Source of the DNA: Octopus bimaculoides
Lineage: Eukaryota
Assembly: GCF_001194135.2 (NCBI RefSeq)
Contig: NC_068999.1
Location: 18,796,685 to 18,842,368, forward strand
DNA length: 45,684 bases
Reading direction: 5' to 3'
Shown here in pieces: positions 12,864 to 26,017 of this stretch. Within the stretch, counting starts at the first letter, position 1, and the number at the start of each line of letters is the position of its first letter. The position numbers were made by a program, and so were the translations under genes. The notes under the pieces are model-generated. The model did not search any database. It was not told where the DNA came from and saw nothing but the letters and a program-made list of their open reading frames with translations.

Positions 12864-14167
12864 TCAGGTTATCCGAATGTTCTGTCCGAAAGTTCTGTCC
12901 AGATGTTTAGTAAAGAAAACAAGTGATCAAATGTTATATTTAATTGACATTTAATCATCAATGTACTTTTCCTGATTATCTATGATTTCGTTCCATCTAT
13001 TTACAAGCTTTTTAATCCCGTCATCGTAAAACTCTTTTGATTTCAAAGCGAAACACTCTGAAATGTCAGTTTTGACCTCCTCCTGGCTTGCTAAATTTAT
13101 GTCCCCCAAATGATTTTGTAAATTACGAAACAAATTGTAGTCTGAATGAGCAAGGTCAGGACAATAATGTGGATGAGGAATTTCTCCTGCCAACTCAGCT
13201 CTTCGATCTTCTGTGATGTGTTCTTTGCAGTGCGGGGTCGCGCATTGTCCTGATGAAATATCACTCCGTTTCGATTCACCGAATTGGGTCTTTATCTTTT
13301 CAAAGCTTGGTGCAAACGCTCTAATTGCTGACAGTAGACTAGAACATTGATTGTTGCATTAGGTGATAACAATTCAAAGTGAATTACTCCTTTGCAATCT
13401 CACCAGATAGAGAGAAGAATCTTTTTTTGCCAAGAAGTTCTTTTCTCGTTTGTGGTTGAGCTTTTTTCCCATTTACTAAGCCACCGTTTACGACGTTTAA
13501 CATTTCGACAGAAGATCTATTTTTCGTCACCAATCACAAGTCAATACAAAATGGGTGAAATGAGTTCGCGAGAATGGAGAGAAGAGCAGATGTCAACGCG
13601 GGATTTGCAGTTGGTTGCTTTCGGAAAATTCATGCAGAACACATTTTCCAAGTCTAGGAACCTTTCCAAGTTGTTGAAGATGACGACGAACAGTTGTATG
13701 CTTTGAACTGAGCTTTATTGCCAACACTTCAACTGATAATGCAGGATTATCTTCAAGTAATGCCTTATCAACAATCTCAACTGGACGTCCTGTTCGATCT
13801 TCATCTTCAAGGCTGAAATCTGCACTTCTGAATTTTGCGAATCATCTACTGAAAGTTCTTTCATTCAAGCATTCTTTTCCATAAACTGAGTGTATGTTTC
13901 GAGTCGCTTCGGCTGCAGAGTTCCCTTTTTTTTGTACCCGTAAAGCGTCATGTGCCTTAAATGCTTTTTGGATACTTCTATGTTAGAAAGGGTTTTAATC
14001 AAAGAAATTCTAATTCTATTAATCTGTAAAATAATATTTATTTAGTTTAAATGTACACAAATGCATAATTTTTAATTCCATTAGACATTCTAAAATACTA
14101 TTAAATTACATTCAATTCTTAAAAAAAAAAAAGATTTTAATCGGACAGAACTTATGCTGTGACCTGA
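12864..14167 (-). mobile_element. Full-length defective mariner (Tc1/mariner, DD34D-type) DNA transposon, ~1.3 kb
   Basis: Degenerate TIRs: left TCAGGTTATCCGAATGTTCTGTCCGA (12864) versus reverse complement of the right end TCAGGTCACAGCATAAGTTCTGTCCGA (ends 14167). TA follows the right end; the left TA is not preserved. The interior holds a broken transposase and the length matches canonical mariner. Confidence 0.93.
12951..13981 (-). pseudogene. Mariner transposase pseudogene (frameshifts and stops)
   Basis: Hand translation gives N-terminal EVSKKHLRHMTLYG..NSAAEATRNIHSVYGKECLNERTF..FAKFRSADFSLEDEDRTGRPVE, catalytic HQDNARP, PHYCPDLAHSDY (equivalent to YSPDLAPSDY) and C-terminal GIKKLVNRWNEIIDNQEKYIDD*. 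The start codon is mutated to ATA. Confidence 0.93.
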
Positions 14168-15257
14168 TACTAACACGAAATTGATATCATCGGAGAGGAA
14201 CAATCGTGTTCAATCCTCTCTGGGTTAAATACAGCTACGTTTAAGCTTATCAAAGCATGTGATGTTTTCCCCTTTTATTTAACGAAAAAAATAATTTGAA
14301 CGCGCCAATACTAACATGTTGCACTACGAATTCAGTGCACACCTATTGTCAATATTTATCGTTGCCAAACATTCATGAAAATATAAGCTTATGACACAGC
14401 GCAATCCAGTGTACAGTCATCATATAAGTAAATGCTAGTATAGAATATCACCACAAGAGAATCCTGTTAGAGCCACACCGTAAAACCTTTAGAAGGAAGA
14501 AAATTTAACAGTACATACATCTGAATAAACGCCAAAGTTAAGAACAATATAGAAACGCCGCAGCTGAATAATCACGTTAAGGGCCTTGTCATGCACAATC
14601 CTATTGCAAAAGCATGAAACCTTAGTTTTCCAGTTATTCTTAGCTAAACATTGTTACGTTGCTGTACTAGTTTATTATTTCCAGAAGCGTAATTTTAAAA
14701 TTACTGGATTATTCACTAATTAAAATGAGAAGTACTGCAAGGCAACTGCAATGAAGATAGTAAAAATGGACTTTAACAAACCACTCTGTAAAAAGAAAAT
14801 ATGCAGCATATGCGATAAGTTAAGTGTCAATATGAACATACCATACATAATGTCTACTCAAGCTGTAAGTTAAACCTTACCATTCAACTACGATAGTAGT
14901 TGAATAGTATTCTTAAGGCCGCAATTTACTCACACACATCATCTTTCCGAGCTTGTTATTAATTAAGTTCTTGACCAAATTGAAAACTGTTATATTTTTG
15001 AGGAGGGGTGGTCTCTAGCTACATTTTGGCTCAGGAAATTGAGATTTGATCCAGTAGAAAAACTTTTCATCAAAATTTGTAGCAATGATATAGGAGAGCA
15101 AGTAACGCCACCAATCAAGTTTAGAACTAAATAATTTTTTTTATTTTGAAATCAATCACAATATATTTATCTTAGATTCAATGATATAAGAAAGCATGAT
15201 GAATTTCATAGTTTTGTTTACATGAAACAAAATGTAGTATCAAAAAAGGTGTGAAGT

Positions 15258-15307
15258 AAAATATCATGAAAAATATCATGAAAAGATATCATGAAATATC
15301 ATGAAAA
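15258..15307. repeat. Short tandem repeat of ATATCATGAAA (4 copies)
   Basis: Directly visible. Confidence 0.85.
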
Positions 15308-18004
15308 CATAAGGCAAACAATTGGATCTAAATATAATTGCCTTTTTTATTTCAAAAACAAACTATATTTTAAAAACGAAGTATATTTTAATTAAGCTTA
15401 AATGATAGAGCCCAATTCGAGAAATGTCATGGTATCAAAATCAAGCAATGCAGTTTTAAAAGAAAAAGTTGAGTACTTGCTTCTCAAATTTGAGGTTTAT
15501 AACATACTTTTATACTTTTTATGAATGTAGTTCTATAAGGGGACTTTTAATATATGTCACCGGCGTCATTGAGGTAAAGAAAAAAATATCAATGACTACA
15601 CTAATTGACAGATTTGACAAATAATAAATTTAGCATCATAGCATAGTCTGGAAAAACAAATATTTTCTAAATCTAAATATTCTATTTGAAATTATATCCT
15701 TTGCTGCAATATTTTAAGTAAAAGTTTTGTTATTCTGTACACAACCAGATGTAATACGTGTTGCTACACCTTTCCAAATGTAATAACTTGTCCTATAATT
15801 TTCCAGGTTTATAATCCTAAGAATATTATTTCTTTTGCTCGCACGTTTCCCTGGAATTTTAATGGAGCAATAATATAATCAACCATCACATTTAGTTGAG
15901 ACTTTTAATGATTGTACTCGTTATTATATTATATTATATTGCTGGTTAATATTTACTAACAGTTTTAAAATATGTTAAATTACATCAAATAAAAGAATTC
16001 ATTAAACGGTGAATTGTCATCAAATTAACATTAATTTCACCGAAATATTGGTGTAATAGGAAATGTATATATAGAGTCCTCAGCTTTTTTTAAATTATTT
16101 CGGCTATATTATTCTTTCTTTATTCACAAATTGTCTCAGAAATGTATTCACAAGTTATCTCGTAATAAGAATTTCCAACGTAGTTGCGGACACACACCGA
16201 ACGACAATCCCAAGTGCATCAGACCTGTTAATTTTTTTTTTATCTTGTGCAAAGATCTCATTTCGTATAAAGATATAAAATGATGAAACGATGCTGCCTT
16301 ACAAACGCACACCATGATTACTCAATATCTAAAATTTCGTGTTTAATTTAAAGCGTCCCTATATGGCATATGTTACGGTACACAAAACCCGCCTGATAAA
16401 AATATTTTATAGCAGATGCACCGTACGAGTAGAGAGGTATGGTAAGTCGTAGGTCACAAGGTGTACCCTGATCAAAGTAAACTACGCTAGAATAAAATGG
16501 TCAGGAATATCTTATGAAAGACTTCATGTAGGTTTTCATTGATAACAAAAGATGCATTGTAATGCTACGAACGCGCGCGCCTGCCCAGTATCGATTTACA
16601 CATACTGATCTTAAATTTAATCATGACATCGACACATTTTACTTTCAAATTGTAATTATCATCTTCCTGTAACTATTATTTATAACAAATAGGTCAATAT
16701 ACCATTATATTATCGCCTTTAAATCAATAGTCGTATGAGAGGACTCAGGCAAGAGGCTCCCTTAGAAGAACGTGGAGACAAATTAATTTCAATATTATAG
16801 TTATTCACATAAGGGATGGCTTTTAAAAGTATGCGTCTCATTCATACAGGTAAGAGTTTCACTTGCACAATATCATCAAACGGAGACGAGATATCTATCG
16901 AACAGCCGTGCGCCTTTTGTAGAACGATTTGTTGCGATGTGTCTTGAGTGGGCAATGTGGAGACGTAGAAATGATCCGGAAATTTTGAATCAACGTAATC
17001 GAAACATGACCAGCATATAGTCAGTGGCAAAAGATGTGACAGGGAAGCATGATCTCATAGAGCAGTCTTTAACTTAATGGAGAGAAGAAGGCGAGATTTC
17101 TTCAAGATTCGTGGAAATTTGCAGGAAATACTCAAAAATTTGGTACTATCGATGGGATTGAATATACATTTTTAATACGAAATGAAATTCCTTGGTTTTG
17201 TGCATCAATAGATTATGCGGTAAATTTTCACGAGAAGTGATTAACATGAAATAAAATGAACGAAAACTTATTGCTCAGGTGTTTATATTTACCCTCATCT
17301 TTGAATATAACATATAAAAACATATTACTTTGAGATTTCCAGAATAAAATTCCATAGTTAGATATACGGATGACCATAATAACATAATTACCTCGCAATG
17401 CTGGCCATAGTGAAAATGATGTACAACAATTCATGTACCGTTTCCCTCGCCGTATCACGGTTCACCTGTGTCGCACTAAGTACATCACAGATTTTTCTGG
17501 CTACTACACGTAAATTTATATCCTGGACTCCTCAGTATACCGCGAGTTTCTGAAGCCAATGCGTATTTATATTTTCTTACATTTTTAATATTTCTGTGGT
17601 AGAATAACCATTTTCACGCATAAAAATTTATAAATTAATAAATAGAAGTAGAGTACAGTACTGCACTGCATAACATATTGATTAAAATATATTAAAAGAA
17701 AATACGTAGTTTACCGTACATGATTAAACAAAGAATGACACATAATGTATGGACAACGAAACTCGGGAGGGGAGTGTGTGGTATTGATTTGCATATATAT
17801 TAAAATAAATATATACAAATTATAAAAATGATAAAATAGATACATAGTACAGTTCTGTTTCTTCTTCGTGGATTTTCACCTATCGCGGAAGGTTTTGGAA
17901 CGTAACAGTCGCGATAGTCGGGAGATTACTCTATATATTTTATATTTCTCTCTCAGGAGGTTTAACATTGTTTTGTTCCGTCTCTCTTTCTTTCTCTTTT
18001 TTAT

Positions 18005-18792
18005 GCACACATACAAATACATATATACATACACATATAAAAAAATATATCAAATAGTACGTATTTAGTTAGATATATACACACACATGAAACCACACGG
18101 ACACATACACACATACACGCAAACACACGCACAAATACACACAAACACACACACAAACAGACACGCACACACACGCATATATATATATATGCAGACTTAT
18201 GTGTATTTATGTAAGTGTGTGTGTATTGATATTGGTATGCGTGTGTTTGTGTCTTTTCAGAATACACAGTTTGTTTATATCTGGTGGGGAACGGTTTACA
18301 ATCATAGAAAGTTTAAACAAATAACTTATTTCCAACATTAAAATACGTGTAGAAACGTATGCTTCTGTGGTCGTGCTTGAAATATTTGTGTACGCAGAAT
18401 CTTGTATGTGTGTTTCTGTGCGATCGCGCGCTCTCTCGTGTCTGTGCGTGTGCGTGTGTATGTGTTTAGGTGTGTCTGCGCGAGTGTGTGGCATAACATT
18501 TCCTTATTTGACAGAATATTTATTCTTTCACGTTTCCTGTTTTATTGATAGATGTATTTGCTGCAACCTTGCAATATCAAACAATATATTTTTATTTCCA
18601 TTCCGAAGAAAATATGAATACATTTAGCCTTTAATAGGCTTATCTAAAATATGTATTTTTTTGTTTTTCTTTCCTAAGCCGTTTTATGTAATGCGTATAA
18701 AATTTATATGTGTGTACATACACTTACATACAAAAGCATACATGTGTGTGTGTGTGTGTGTGTATGTGTGTGTGTGTGCGTGTGTGAGTGTG
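18005..18792. repeat. Cluster of CA/TA/TG microsatellites
   Basis: Tracts at ~18005-18260, 18400-18491 and 18715-18792. Confidence 0.85.
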
Positions 18793-19936
18793 TAAATAAG
18801 AATAACTGTTGTATATATACATTATAGAACATAAATAATATTGTCCTTAAAAAATATTTTTTTCTCTCACCAAGTAAGCGGAAATGTTGTTAACGAAGAA
18901 AATTTTGTCTCTATCATACCATGTACCGTTTCATTATTTTTATTTTATGAATACTAGCTAGTTTTAAAGAGTGAAACATGAGCATCTTAACTAGAATCAT
19001 GAAAGCATGTTATCAAATACTTTACTGTATGCACTGCGTAAACTTATTCAGAATGAGATTTTTGTTATTTATTTCACAGCTTTAATAACGACAATAACGA
19101 TTTTCTATAAATAGCACACGTGTTTTCGTGAACAGGTTCAGCAAAGAAGAGATCAAGTCAAACAGGATAAGAGCATACATGTATAGTTATAGAATTTATT
19201 ACAACGCAGTATTTGTCTCGTTCCTTCTATCCGCTTCACACGTGGAACATTTATAATAATTCTTATATAATTTTGTGTTTGTAGGTATAAACTGCCAGCT
19301 TTTAGTATGCATTAAGGCGTAGAGTTTAAGGTCTTTGATTGCGAATAACAGCAGATGAGATGTCATTGTCATTGGTGGTATTCTCCTTATTCTTGATGGT
19401 GAAGTTGTAGTCACTTTTGTTTATGCCGCTGCTGCTGTTGGTGGTGGTTTTATTTTATCGTTCTTCTTATTTCTGTATTATCGGGAATAGTGTAAAAAAG
19501 CACCTGGTGGATGGCACTCGGTGCTTTTATTTCATATCCAAATAAATCAAAAAAATAATGTGCCGTTTTAAAGAAGATAGAGTCAGATCAGAATAATAAA
19601 TGACTGGTGTTCACTTTGTAGTATATATGAGAGTATTTCATTACAATATCACTTAAACACGCTGGTAATTAGGACTTATAAGTCAGCAATAAATGTTTTT
19701 TTTTTGTTTTTTTTGGCGTATTTGTAGGCAAGTAATGTACGCCATTTATACCTTGCTTATTAGTATTATAATCGATACAGAAAAAGGAATTACCAAAATT
19801 CAAATTATTGGCGAAATTTACATAACTACCTTTATTGCAATAAATACAAGATTACCGTTTCATCTCAATTACGATTGCAGTGAAAGTCATCAAAGCTTGC
19901 GAATCTCCAAATAGCTAAATGGTAGTGGAATATATG

Positions 19937-20631
19937 TCTTCATTTTAAATAGCCATCAACAGTTATTTAATCGTGATTAGGAACATAAAAATTATTGAAC
20001 GCAGACATTAGGCAATATTGAAATTTATCTGTACCATTTTTTTTTTACTGAATACTAATACTTTGATAAACATCAATACTTAAATCGGGAGTTTGTGAAG
20101 AGAGTAGACAAAATTAATTAACATATCTTGATTTACTTACGTGAATGAATACTGTTTAGACCAATACGTTGTAACACACGACTTAGCGTATTAAAAGTAT
20201 TTGGTGGTTGATATATAGATGTGTGCGTGTGTTTGTGTGTCTCATAATACGATGACAGTTTTTCCCGTCCAAAGATCATAACGAAGAAGTTAGACCCTGA
20301 AGTTAGTTAACATTGTTCCAGTCATTGTATGAGAGGTTCTGGAGCATTGACAGGAAACAGGTAAGCTTTGGCGAGATAGATCTCGTGAGAGACCTATTTT
20401 AAGTAGATCTTCATTTTAAATAGATCTTCATTTTAAATAGCCATCAACAGTTATTTAATCGTGATTAGCAACATAAAAATTACTGAACGCAGACATGAGA
20501 CAATAATAAGATTTATCTTTTTTACCACTTTTTTGCCGAATATTAATATTTTGATTAACATCAATACTTAAATTGGGAGTTTGTGAAGGGAGTAGATGAA
20601 ATTAATTAACATATCTTCATTTACTTACGTG
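19937..20631. repeat. Local direct duplication: ~207-bp copies at 19937-20143 and 20425-20631
   Basis: The first 44 bp are identical and the rest is about 85-90% identical by eye. A 17-bp tandem duplication (TAGATCTTCATTTTAAA x2, 20404-20437) sits at the start of copy 2. Confidence 0.95.
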
Positions 20632-21061
20632 TATATGTATTGTATCTATCTTAGAGTTTCACAATGTAGTGATTACAATTTTTATTGAAACATATATATG
20701 AAGGCGGATTCGCAAAAGTAAAGGATTTTAGGTATGAATAAATAACACAGGCTACCATGAAAAATAGCTATACGATATTCCGGATAAGGGAGGAATGGTT
20801 TATGAATTTATGAGATTGTCAAGCATGGTTCTAGAATGAATGAACGAATACTTTTCAAAAGTTGTTACGTTTCAAGAGTAAGGGAATTAAAAGAACCATA
20901 TAACTTAAATTATCATGTTTAAGATCATGTGTCAAAGGTAAGATGTGAAATAAAATGCGAAATGGGATATGCTTTATACTGACTTCGTCTAAATCATTTA
21001 TATAATTATGTAAATGTAGGCAATGCTGTAGTGTAATACATTTTTCAGATTTTCGACAGTT

Positions 21062-21700
21062 TACACGTACATACATACGCACATACATACATATATACAT
21101 ACATACATACCTACACGTACATACATACATGCATATNNNNNNNNNNNNNNNNNNNNNNNNNNNNNNNNNNNNNNNNNNNNNNNNNNNNNNNNNNNNNNNN
21201 NNNNNNNNNNNNNNNNNNNNNNNNNNNNNNNNNNNNNNNNNNNNNNNNNNNNNNNNNNNNNNNNNNNNNNNNNNNNNNNNNNNNNNNNNNNNNNNNNNNN
21301 NNNNNNNNNNNNNNNNNNNNNNNNNNNNNNNNNNNNNNNNNNNNNNNNNNNNNNNNNNNNNNNNNNNNNNNNNNNNNNNNNNNNNNNNNNNNNNNNNNNN
21401 NNNNNNNNNNNNNNNNNNNNNNNNNNNNNNNNNNNNNNNNNNNNNNNNNNNNNNNNNNNNNNNNNNNNNNNNNNNNNNNNNNNNNNNNNNNNNNNNNNNN
21501 NNNNNNNNNNNNNNNNNNNNNNNNNNNNNNNNNNNNNNNNNNNNNNNNNNNNNNNNNNNNNNNNNNNNNNNNNNNNNNNNNNNNNNNNNNNNNNNNNNNN
21601 NNNNNNNNNNNNNNNNNNNNNNNNNNNNNNNNNNNNNNNNNNNNNNNNNNNNNNNNNNNNNNNNNNNNNNNNNNNNNNNNNNNNNNNNNNNNNNNNNNNN

Positions 21701-21736
<36 letters not shown>

Positions 21737-21811
21737 ACACATACACACACACACACTCACGCAGACACACACACACACACTCACGCACACACACATACAA
21801 GCACATATATA
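21062..21811. repeat. (TACA)/(TA)/(CA) microsatellites flanking gap 21137-21700
   Basis: Directly visible. Confidence 0.9.
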
Positions 21812-22924
21812 CAGAAATTAGAACTGGATATGGAGCCTTATATATAGAGGAACGCATGATACGAGATTTAAGATTTAAAGTAAATATATATGTTAATCAG
21901 TAAAAGTGTTTGTGGAAGATTAGTAGGTATTATTTGAGGTTACATCAGTTGATAGCTAATTAACCTATTTCATTTAATGATGTACGCTACCGAAAATATA
22001 AAGTGTAATTTGAAATAAAAATAATTATCACTCAATGTATTAATACGTGTAGATTTTTATAGCTTATACATTTAAATTTAATGAAACTGAGGAAAACTAA
22101 ATGACAAAAATCAGAAATAGTGTTATCAACTTGTTGCTTCGTGGCATGTCACATAAATCACTTTTGTATGAAAATTGAACGCACATAGTGGAAATAATTT
22201 GACATAATCACATTAACGAAATATGTATAGTTAGTTTAACATCTCGCCTTCGATCTATGATCCGATGAAGTGCTCTTATGCCATGGCAATCTAAATCAGA
22301 ATGGAAATCATTCAAAGAACCAAGGGTATTTTAACATAGATATAAAAATAATAATAATAATAATAATGCTTTCAGTGTCATTAGGCATGACAATAACGAT
22401 ATGATTTGTAATGACACATCAGGCCTTACAATTTTCTTTCCATTGTAGAGTGTTAAAATAATTACACACCTTATTTCATTACACTTTATCTCTTGCCAAA
22501 ATTATCGGCATTCTTCGGATACAACTGGTTAAATTGTCTGTTTATATAACGTTGTTTATTGTGTACCAGGCAAACGCATCCCTTTACACATTAGGATTGA
22601 GTGTGCATAAGAAGCCAAAATAAAACTAGAATACATGAAACTACTGTTTATAAAGTGATACAAATCATCGTTCATATTTTCCATTTACGACAGATGCAAA
22701 CGCCTGGCAGGTATGAAATTGCGTGAAAGTTTGTAATAAAGGATGTTTAGAGTAGCATCATTAAAATACATGTGGAATTTGTAAAGAAATATACTACTGC
22801 TGTTATGAACAACCTAGAAATTGGTTGAAAGAAATAATCATGTGTTGTGTTTATATAAGCATGTAAACAATATTCGTATACATAAGAAGACGTTTGTATA
22901 TTACATATGTTGAAATTCAGTCTT

Positions 22925-23050
22925 TGACTGGCTGTCAAAAGGCACGCTCTGCTTTTCTAATGACTGCTGACTTTATAGGAAAACAAACATCTCTGATTGG
23001 CTGCCATTGCCAAAGCACAATTGTGGTAATCCGCCATAACAAAATATGGC
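22925..23050. promoter_or_regulatory. Candidate cis-regulatory motif cluster (CCAAT/NF-Y, TALE-like, YY1-like)
   Basis: CTGATTGGCTG (reverse CAGCCAATCAG) at 22993-23003, CTGTCA at ~22932 and the inverted pair GCCATA-ACAAAA-TATGGC at 23033-23050. Motif matches only. Confidence 0.3.
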
Positions 23051-23797
23051 TTCCTTGACTTTCTACAGGCATGTAAAAAGGTGTAGAACAGATGATAGAA
23101 GGGAAACAAACATCATTAACAAACCATCTGAATGAATATTTGAAATAGTTGTCCTAATGTGTGACCATTTCCCCTGTTTATTGTACTCGATACTATCTGA
23201 TCCCAAATTACCTGTGAATGTTGGAAATTATATCCTTCAATCAGAAAAGCATACTTTTATTTGGGGCAGAAAAGACAAATCCCATTTGATAAACTGATCC
23301 CTTGCATGAAATACTTTTTTAATTAACTGAAATCTAAATTCCAAAATTTATTTCAAAGGAAATATTATCAAAGAGTGGACTCCAGTTCCATTCTTAGTTC
23401 TAGAAGCAGTCGCGTTCCAGGAAATGATCAGTGGACTAAACCTAGCGGTGATTGTTTTGGAACATAAAACGACAAAATATCCACTTGTAACAGAGAGACA
23501 CTGGGGCCAAAGGCAGTTCTAGCTGCTTGCACTTAGCATGATATTGGAGAAGAACCACGTCTGCATGTGGAGGCTGATATATTGCTAGCAGGTGTACTAA
23601 GGCATAGCGCAAGTGACACACTGTATAAGGCACACTACTTGCGAATCTGAGACAACGGCACTGGAAGCGTTTGCAATAGCAATTGTTGTAGCATCATTCA
23701 TTACCTGGACTAAATCTCTGATAATCATTAAGTAACGCTACCATTTACTGGTCCAACAGAATTATTTCTAACGTTTATTTGCTCTCTAACGTTTCAT

Positions 23798-23853
23798 AAC
23801 TCTCTCTCTCTCACTCTCTCTCTCACTCTCTCTCTCTCTCTCACTCTCTCTTT

Positions 23854-23889
<36 letters not shown>

Positions 23890-24220
23890 NNNNNNNNNNN
23901 NNNNNNNNNNNNNNNNNNNNNNNNNNNNNNNNNNNNNNNNNNNNNNNNNNNNNNNNNNNNNNNNNNNNNNNNNNNNNNNNNNNNNNNNNNNNNNNNNNNN
24001 NNNNNNNNNNNNNNNNNNNNNNNNNNNNNNNNNNNNNNNNNNNNNNNNNNNNNNNNNNNNNNNNNNNNNNNNNNNNNNNNNNNNNNNNNNNNNNNNNNNN
24101 NNNNNNNNNNNNNNNNNNNNNNNNNNNNNNNNNNNNNNNNNNNNNNNNNNNNNNNNNNNNNNNNNNNNNNNNNNNNNNNNNNNNNNNNNNNNNNNNNNNN
24201 NNNNNNNNNNNNNNNNNNNN

Positions 24221-24252
<32 letters not shown>

Positions 24253-24262
24253 ATGTATGTAT
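23798..24262. repeat. (TC)n and (TA)n microsatellites flanking gap 23890-24220
   Basis: Directly visible. Confidence 0.9.
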
Positions 24263-25149
24263 ATTACGTTTGGATGCATGTGTGTGTATGCTATCATGTG
24301 AGGTTGAGTGTATGCGCATGCCTGCATACGAATATGAAACACACTTATACTGTAGTATGAAAATTTTCACAGAAACCTAATAAACATAAAATCTTTGATG
24401 TCAAATTAATTACATTGTTTCGCTGTTTGTTAAATTGTTTGTTCCTTTTTCTTTTCACGAAATATATCTTTTTTCCTACTTTATCAGCGTATTAATGAAA
24501 AACTAAATATAACTTGAACGACAAAGTAAGTTACTAATGAAAACCACAAATAATTTTTTCCGCATGATCGAACATGCTAAATAGTTTCTGATTGTGAAAT
24601 GATATTTGTTAATAAAGTGTTACAATGTCATTACCTTCCACAACTCCACCACCCTTATAAATAACCCTGGCGACAATAAGAATCAAAACACCGACTGAGA
24701 ACAAAAATATTTATAATGGAGTCATTAGTTTCATTATAAAAAAAACAACAAAAAAGGTATGTGACGTCAATAAGGATGGAAAACTAAATGTGTCAGGTGA
24801 CGATAATTATATTTAATAATGTATTTAGTAATTCTTATCTCATATTTTTCTTCTTTCCATTTGTTTGCTTTTCCATCCAATTTGTGTTTGTATTGAGTAT
24901 CCATGGGCTGCTGTTTATGATACAGTCCGTGCTAGCGTTATAAACATTCAGTCAACTAGATCGGTCACGCATTGTACTTTAAGCTTGGCCCTGAAAAATG
25001 TGTAAATAGCTTCAGTAGAAAATCATCGTAATATTTTCTTTGGTCTTCAACAACACGAGTATTTGATCACAATTTTGGACACGGATCAGGCATATCTGAA
25101 CACCAGGATGTTTGTTAGAAGATCGACGTTAAATATACAGGCTTGAATA

Positions 25150-25582
25150 TTTATTCTTTTACTTGTTTCACTCATTTTGAATGTGGCCATGCTGTAGCAT
25201 CGCCTTTAGTCGAGCAAATCGTGCCCAGGAATAATTATCTGTAAGCTAGTATTTGTTCTATCGATCCTTTGCCAAACCGCTATGTTCTGCGGACTAAACA
25301 CACAGCCAATGGTTGTCAAGCGATGGTGAGGGAGACATCAGATACAAATACACACACATATGTATATATATATANNNNNNNNNNNNNNNNNNNNNNNNAT
25401 ATATACGACGGACTACTTTCAATTTCCATCTAGGAATTCCATTCACAAGGCTTTGATAGACCCGATACTTTGCTAATAGGCACGTGAGCAAGAACCACGC
25501 ATTGCTAATATGCACGTGAGCAAGAACCACGGAGTGGATTCAATGTGGTTGTGAAGTAAGCTCCTTGCCACAGAGTCATATG
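25150..25582 (-). mobile_element. tRNA-derived SINE with an internal CA/TA microsatellite (Octopus-type)
   Basis: TTTTACTTGTTTCA..GGCCATGCTG..GCCTTTAGTCGAGCAAATCG..GGTTGTCAAGCGATGGTG..(CA/TA)n..ATACGACGG..TCACAAGGCTTTG..ATGTGGTTG matches by recollection a common Octopus SINE. The tRNA-like head at the right end is damaged. Confidence 0.75.
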
Positions 25583-26017
25583 ATCAAAAAGTTACTGCAA
25601 AAAATTAAGGGGAAATACATTACTCTTATTCTTGGTTTTATGCACAATACAATAGTGCACTTTATGAAAGGAAACTTATGTAGAATCTGTCTTATCAAAG
25701 GAATTAAAGAATCTTTCCGCGATCAAACAGCATTCCAACTATGCAGTCTCTGGGAGTCTTACAATGTCTCCCACGCAGAGGAAATTACACTATCATCTAT
25801 TAGAAATAAAATAATCTAAATTTAAATAATATGTGCTTGCAAATGGTTACGCACGTGTCTGAAATTACATCTTATATACTATTATTCTGGGAATGGAAAA
25901 GGCATGATTATATAGATAAATACACATAAACGACGATGCGCTATCACACATTGGATTTATTTTGTAGATTGTAAATTTTACAAACGTAACCTGAATTTCT
26001 TTAGAACGAGCAATATA

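Noticed and set aside
13392-13706. 104-aa plus-strand ORF
   Set aside because: It is antisense to the mariner transposase pseudogene.
16830-17110. MRLIHTGKSFTC (C2H2 linker-like) and a faint RTE-like GHVERR remnant
   Set aside because: The first His and the Cys spacing of a zinc finger are missing, and the RTE resemblance needs assumed frameshifts. Too weak to call.
17880-17917. CpG-rich hairpin CTATCGCG...CGCGATAG as a pre-miRNA
   Set aside because: A 9-bp stem is far too short. No conserved bilaterian or molluscan mature miRNA that I know was seen anywhere in the window.
19937-20631. TRIM or LTR pair interpretation of the direct repeats
   Set aside because: No TG...CA termini, primer-binding site, polypurine tract or TSD.
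24650-24775. TATAAATA plus a perfect CRE (TGACGTCA) as a promoter
   Set aside because: The order and spacing are not promoter-like, and such motifs are expected by chance in 45 kb of AT-rich DNA.
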